IMG/VR virus record: IMGVR_UViG_2617270947_000018 | From: a virus | Lineage: Duplodnaviria > Heunggongvirae > Uroviricota > Caudoviricetes | Length of the DNA stretch: 21,063 nt | Strand: one strand, 5' to 3' | Shown: positions 17,331 to 21,063 of the stretch, in pieces | Layout: each line of letters starts with the position of its first letter | Numbering within the stretch: position 1 is the stretch's first letter | Notes under the pieces: model-generated | Told to the model about the DNA's origin: nothing | Seen by the model: only the letters and a program-made list of their open reading frames with translations | Databases searched by the model: none | Program-made: the position numbers and the translations under genes

Positions 17331-17966
17331 ATGAACACTCTCGCAAATATCCAGGAACTCGCGCGCGCACTGCGCAACATGATTCGCACCGGCCTTGTCG
17401 TCGAAACCAACCTTAAAGCCGGTCGCTGCCGTGTGCAGACCGGTGGCATGTGCACCGACTGGCTTCAGTGGCTGACCTGTCGTGCCGGTCGTTCGCGCAC
17501 ATGGTGGGCACCTTCCGTGGGGGAGCAGGTGCTGATTCTGGCCGTGGGCGGTGAACTTGACACGGCGTTTGTTCTGCCGGGGATTTATTCCGGCGATAAC
17601 CCCGCGCCGTCTGCGTCGGCGGATGCCCTGCATATCCGTTTCCCTGACGGGGCGGTGATTGAGTATGAACCCGAAACCAGTGCACTCACGGTAAGCGGAA
17701 TTAAAACGGCCAGCGTGACGGCTTCTGATTCTGTTACTGCCACGGTGCCGGTGGTCATGGTGAAAGCATCAACCCGCGTCACCCTGGACACACCGGAGGT
17801 GGTCTGCACCAACAGGCTGATTACCGGCACGCTGGAAGTGCAGAAGGGCGGGACGATGCGCGGCAACATTGAACACACCGGCGGTGAACTCTCATCAAAC
17901 GGTAAGGTACTGCATACCCATAAACACCCCGGCGACAGTGGCGGCACAACAGGGGGACCTCTATGA
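17331..17966 (+). CDS. V: Baseplate spike protein (P2 gpV)
   Basis: 211-aa ORF; first gene of the V-W-J-I baseplate operon, P2 length. Confidence 0.85.
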   Translation: MNTLANIQELARALRNMIRTGLVVETNLKAGRCRVQTGGMCTDWLQWLTCRAGRSRTWWAPSVGEQVLILAVGGELDTAFVLPGIYSGDNPAPSASADALHIRFPDGAVIEYEPETSALTVSGIKTASVTASDSVTATVPVVMVKASTRVTLDTPEVVCTNRLITGTLEVQKGGTMRGNIEHTGGELSSNGKVLHTHKHPGDSGGTTGGPL

Positions 17967-18310
17967 CAGCGCGTTATCTCGGAATGAATCGCAGTGATGG
18001 CCTGACTGTCACTGACCTTGAGCATATCAGCCAGAGTATCGGCGATATCCTGCGCACACCGGTCGGCTCACGGGTGATGCGTCGTGATTACGGCTCGTTG
18101 CTGGCGTCAATGATTGACCAGCCGCAGACCCCGGCGCTTGAGTTGCAGATTAAAGTCGCCTGTTACATGGCAGTGCTGAAATGGGAACCCCGCGTCACCC
18201 TGTCATCCGTCACCACGGCGCGCAGTTTTGACGGGCGAATGACGGTCACGTTAACCGGCCAGCACAACGACACCGGCCAGCCACTTTCGTTAACCATCCC
18301 TGTGAGTTGA
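17963..18310 (+). CDS. W: Baseplate wedge protein (gp25-like, P2 gpW)
   Basis: 115-aa ORF overlapping the V stop; P2 length and order. Confidence 0.85.
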   Translation: MTARYLGMNRSDGLTVTDLEHISQSIGDILRTPVGSRVMRRDYGSLLASMIDQPQTPALELQIKVACYMAVLKWEPRVTLSSVTTARSFDGRMTVTLTGQHNDTGQPLSLTIPVS

Positions 18311-18314
18311 AACC

Positions 18315-19223
18315 ATGCCGATTATCGACCTGAACCAGCTACCCGCACCGGATGTGGTCGAGGAGCTGGACTTTGAAACCATTCTTGCCGAACGCAAGGC
18401 GACACTGATTTCCCTTTACCCGGAAGACCAGCAGGAGGCGGTCGCCCGTACCCTGACACTGGAATCTGAGCCTCTCGTCAAACTGCTGGAGGAAAATGCT
18501 TATCGTGAGCTTATCTGGCGTCAGCGTGTGAATGAGGCTGCACGGGCGGTGATGCTGGCCTGTGCAGCCGGTAATGACCTTGATGTGATTGGTGCCAATT
18601 ACAACACCACACGCCTGATTATCCCCCCGGCAGATGATTCAACCATCCCGCCGACACCGGCAGTAATGGAATCTGACACCGATTATCGGCTGCGTATTCA
18701 GCAGGCGTTTGAGGGCTTAAGCGTCGCCGGGTCGGTGGGAGCCTATCAGTATCATGGTCGCAGTGCCGACGGGCGTGTCGCCGATATTTCTGTCACCAGT
18801 CCGTCTCCGGCCTGCGTCACCATCTCTGTGCTGTCACGTGAAAATAATGGTGTCGCATCCGAAGACCTGCTGGCCGTGGTGCGTAACGCCCTTAATGGCG
18901 AGGACGTCAGACCGGTGGCCGACCGCGTGACCGTGCAGTCTGCCGCCATTGTTGAATACCAGATAAACGCCACGCTTTACCTTTACCCTGGTCCCGAAAG
19001 CGAACCCATACGCGCTGCCGCCGTGAAAAAACTGGAAGCGTACATCACGGCACAGCACCGGCTGGGGCGTGACATCCGTCTGTCTGCCATTTATGCCGCT
19101 TTGCATGTGGAAGGCGTGCAGCGTGTTGAACTGGCTTCACCACTGGTCGACATCGTGCTCAACAGTACGCAGGCGTCTTTCTGTACCGAATACCGCGTCG
19201 TGACCGGAGGCTCGGATGAGTGA
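18315..19223 (+). CDS. J: Baseplate protein J
   Basis: 302-aa ORF; P2 length and order. Confidence 0.85.
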   Translation: MPIIDLNQLPAPDVVEELDFETILAERKATLISLYPEDQQEAVARTLTLESEPLVKLLEENAYRELIWRQRVNEAARAVMLACAAGNDLDVIGANYNTTRLIIPPADDSTIPPTPAVMESDTDYRLRIQQAFEGLSVAGSVGAYQYHGRSADGRVADISVTSPSPACVTISVLSRENNGVASEDLLAVVRNALNGEDVRPVADRVTVQSAAIVEYQINATLYLYPGPESEPIRAAAVKKLEAYITAQHRLGRDIRLSAIYAALHVEGVQRVELASPLVDIVLNSTQASFCTEYRVVTGGSDE

Positions 19224-19791
19224 TTTGCGCCTGCTGCCGACCGGCTCATCACCGCTTGAAGTCGCTGCTGCAAAAGCCTGTGCGGAAATTGAAAAAACGC
19301 CGGTCAGTATTCGTGAGCTGTGGAACCCGGACACCTGCCCGGCAAATCTGCTGCCGTGGCTGGCGTGGTCATTTTCGGTTGACCGCTGGGATGATAAGTG
19401 GGCGGAAGCGACAAAACGCGCTGTTATCCGCGATGCGTATTTCATTCACTGCCATAAGGGCACTATAGGCGCAATCCGGCGTGTGGTGGAGCCGCTCGGC
19501 TATCTGATTGAGGTGAGGGAGTGGTGGCAACTCAATGAGGAGCCGGGGACGTTCCGTATCGTTGTTGGCGTGCTTGAGCAGGGTATTACCGAGGAAATGT
19601 ATCAGGAGCTGGAGCGCCTCGTTGCTGATGCAAAACCGGCAAGCCGCCATCTGACGGGACTGGCTATCAGTTTAAGTACAACCGGCAACATTTTTGCCGG
19701 TGCGGGATGCTATCACGGCGACGCCCTGACAGTTTATCCCTACACCCCGGAGGCCATTATTGTCGGAGGGGATTATTTCCATAAGCGCTAA
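19216..19791 (+). CDS. I: Baseplate protein I, with 3' end running into the IS186-like terminus (C-terminus probably altered)
   Basis: ORF overlaps the J stop as in P2. It is 191 codons against 176 recalled for P2 I. The last codons CAT AAG CGC TAA (19780-19791) lie inside the insertion-sequence end. Confidence 0.7.
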   Translation: MSDLRLLPTGSSPLEVAAAKACAEIEKTPVSIRELWNPDTCPANLLPWLAWSFSVDRWDDKWAEATKRAVIRDAYFIHCHKGTIGAIRRVVEPLGYLIEVREWWQLNEEPGTFRIVVGVLEQGITEEMYQELERLVADAKPASRHLTGLAISLSTTGNIFAGAGCYHGDALTVYPYTPEAIIVGGDYFHKR

Positions 19792-21063
19792 CTTAAGGGT
19801 TGAACCATCTGAAGAATGCGACGCCTCGGTGCCTCGTTAAGACGATGCCTCGCGTTCTTCAATTGCGTTTTGTAGGCTGTCAGGGATACTGTCCCACGAA
19901 TGGCCACCTGTAAGCTCCAGATGACCATTTTTGTTATTCTCCACAACGAGTTAGTTCTTCTTTTCGGATCCGGCACTTCTGGGGGGGAAATCCAGCGATG
20001 GCTGGATTATGTCGTCAATTAAAAATGCGGCGAGTAGATTAGCAAATATCCACGCTTTCGCGAGTTCAGGTTCCTTTGCACGCAAAGCATCCAGGTGCAG
20101 CAAACTTTTGAGCCGCTTAAAAGCCAGTTCAATTTGCCATCGCAGACGGTAACAATCAGCCACTTGCTCTGCTGAATATTCATCTTCCGGTAATGATGTT
20201 AGCAATAGCACATGGCCCGCTGCTTCCAGCGTTTCCGCCTGAACTACTCGTCCTTTTCGACGATTCTCGCTGAGCAGTCGGGTTTTACTGATTAATGCTT
20301 TTTCGGGAGGAAGTGATACGGCAATGAGACGTGCCGGAAAGGGAGCTCCGGCTTTTTTATTACCTGAATTGCCTATCATTACAGTGGTTTCACCGTTCTT
20401 ACCGCAATCCAGCCCGCGCAGAAAACCCATCATGTCAAAGCGCATTCCTTCTGCAGTTAACCAGCGCAATCCTCGCCAGTGAACCCGGACGATATAATCA
20501 GCTTCTCCAAAAGCAAGTGAGCGGATACATTCGGGACGCGAACCGAATCCCCGGTCAGCAATGCGTATCTCGTCTGCCGTTTGCGCAAATCGGTCCAGCC
20601 GTTCAGCGTCTCTGCTGTCGGTTAGCTCAAAATCAGTGAACTGACAGGTATGAGGATCATATCCCATATGTAGTCGCCATTCAGCGCTGCCGCCCCCGGG
20701 CGCACTGATTGCTGTTCCATCGACAAGACGCAATCTCTTTCCGCTTGTACAACCCGTAACTGCGGCGCGTACAGCAAGTGTTTGTGCGGCAAGTATGCCA
20801 AACCAGTCGGCGGCATTCCGCAGCCGCTTCAGGAGAGCCACGTCAGATAATGTTGCAACGTCATGGAGCTGAGCCCATGCAGTGACTTCACGTAATGACA
20901 TCCCCCCGGGGCCGTAAGCCAGCCCCAGACGTAGCAGAGTTGCAGCATCACGAATTTCGCGGCGGCGGGTTAGAGCCCCGGCATTACGTGCCGAAGTATC
21001 CAGTTCTTCGGGCTTACCAATATGGGCCAGAATTGCTGACCAGTTATCGTGAGAGTAATTCAT
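19780..21063 (-). mobile_element. IS186-like insertion sequence (IS4 family), partial; extends beyond the window
   Basis: The terminal sequence CATAAGCGCTAACTTAAGGGTTG begins at about 19780 and is recalled as the IS186 inverted repeat. It contains the complete 370-aa transposase ORF. The implied length (about 171 bp, plus 1113 bp ORF, plus about 50 bp beyond the window) fits the roughly 1.34-kb IS186. Confidence 0.8.
19951..21063 (-). CDS. insL: IS186 transposase (DDE, IS4 family)
   Basis: 370-aa minus-strand ORF whose ATG is the last three bases of the window; the translation (MNYSHDNWSAILAHIGKPEELD...) matches the IS186 transposase as recalled. Confidence 0.88.
   Translation of the reverse strand: MNYSHDNWSAILAHIGKPEELDTSARNAGALTRRREIRDAATLLRLGLAYGPGGMSLREVTAWAQLHDVATLSDVALLKRLRNAADWFGILAAQTLAVRAAVTGCTSGKRLRLVDGTAISAPGGGSAEWRLHMGYDPHTCQFTDFELTDSRDAERLDRFAQTADEIRIADRGFGSRPECIRSLAFGEADYIVRVHWRGLRWLTAEGMRFDMMGFLRGLDCGKNGETTVMIGNSGNKKAGAPFPARLIAVSLPPEKALISKTRLLSENRRKGRVVQAETLEAAGHVLLLTSLPEDEYSAEQVADCYRLRWQIELAFKRLKSLLHLDALRAKEPELAKAWIFANLLAAFLIDDIIQPSLDFPPRSAGSEKKN

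Noticed and set aside
20331-20639. 102-aa ORF antisense to the IS186 transposase.
   Set aside because: Embedded antisense to the transposase gene; no independent support.
1-21063. CRISPR arrays, tRNA or rRNA genes, and the attL/attR core.
   Set aside because: No regularly spaced direct repeats or cloverleaf-like segments were seen. The window starts at the int stop codon, so the attachment site and host junction lie outside it.

Overview
The window is most of a P2-like (Peduovirus-type) temperate phage genome in the prophage permutation, probably in an enterobacterial host. Reading left to right: integrase, an immunity repressor and cox around a short operator/promoter region, replication genes B and A with small early ORFs, then a single AT-rich 612-aa cargo gene sitting where P2 carries tin/old, between gene A and cos. 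An intact P2-type cos sequence follows, then portal Q and terminase P on the minus strand, and the late genes O N M L X Y K lysA lysB/lysC R S V W J I on the plus strand. The late cluster is cut off after gene I by an IS186-like insertion sequence whose transposase gene runs to the window edge; tail-fibre genes H/G are not in the window. The main candidate for something new is the cargo gene: it is compositionally foreign (about 25% G+C versus about 55% in flanking phage genes), has no ATPase motif, and carries a HEPN-like R-x4-H motif followed by a C-terminal hydrophobic segment. All homology calls are from reading the translations and recalling P2 proteins, not from a database search.
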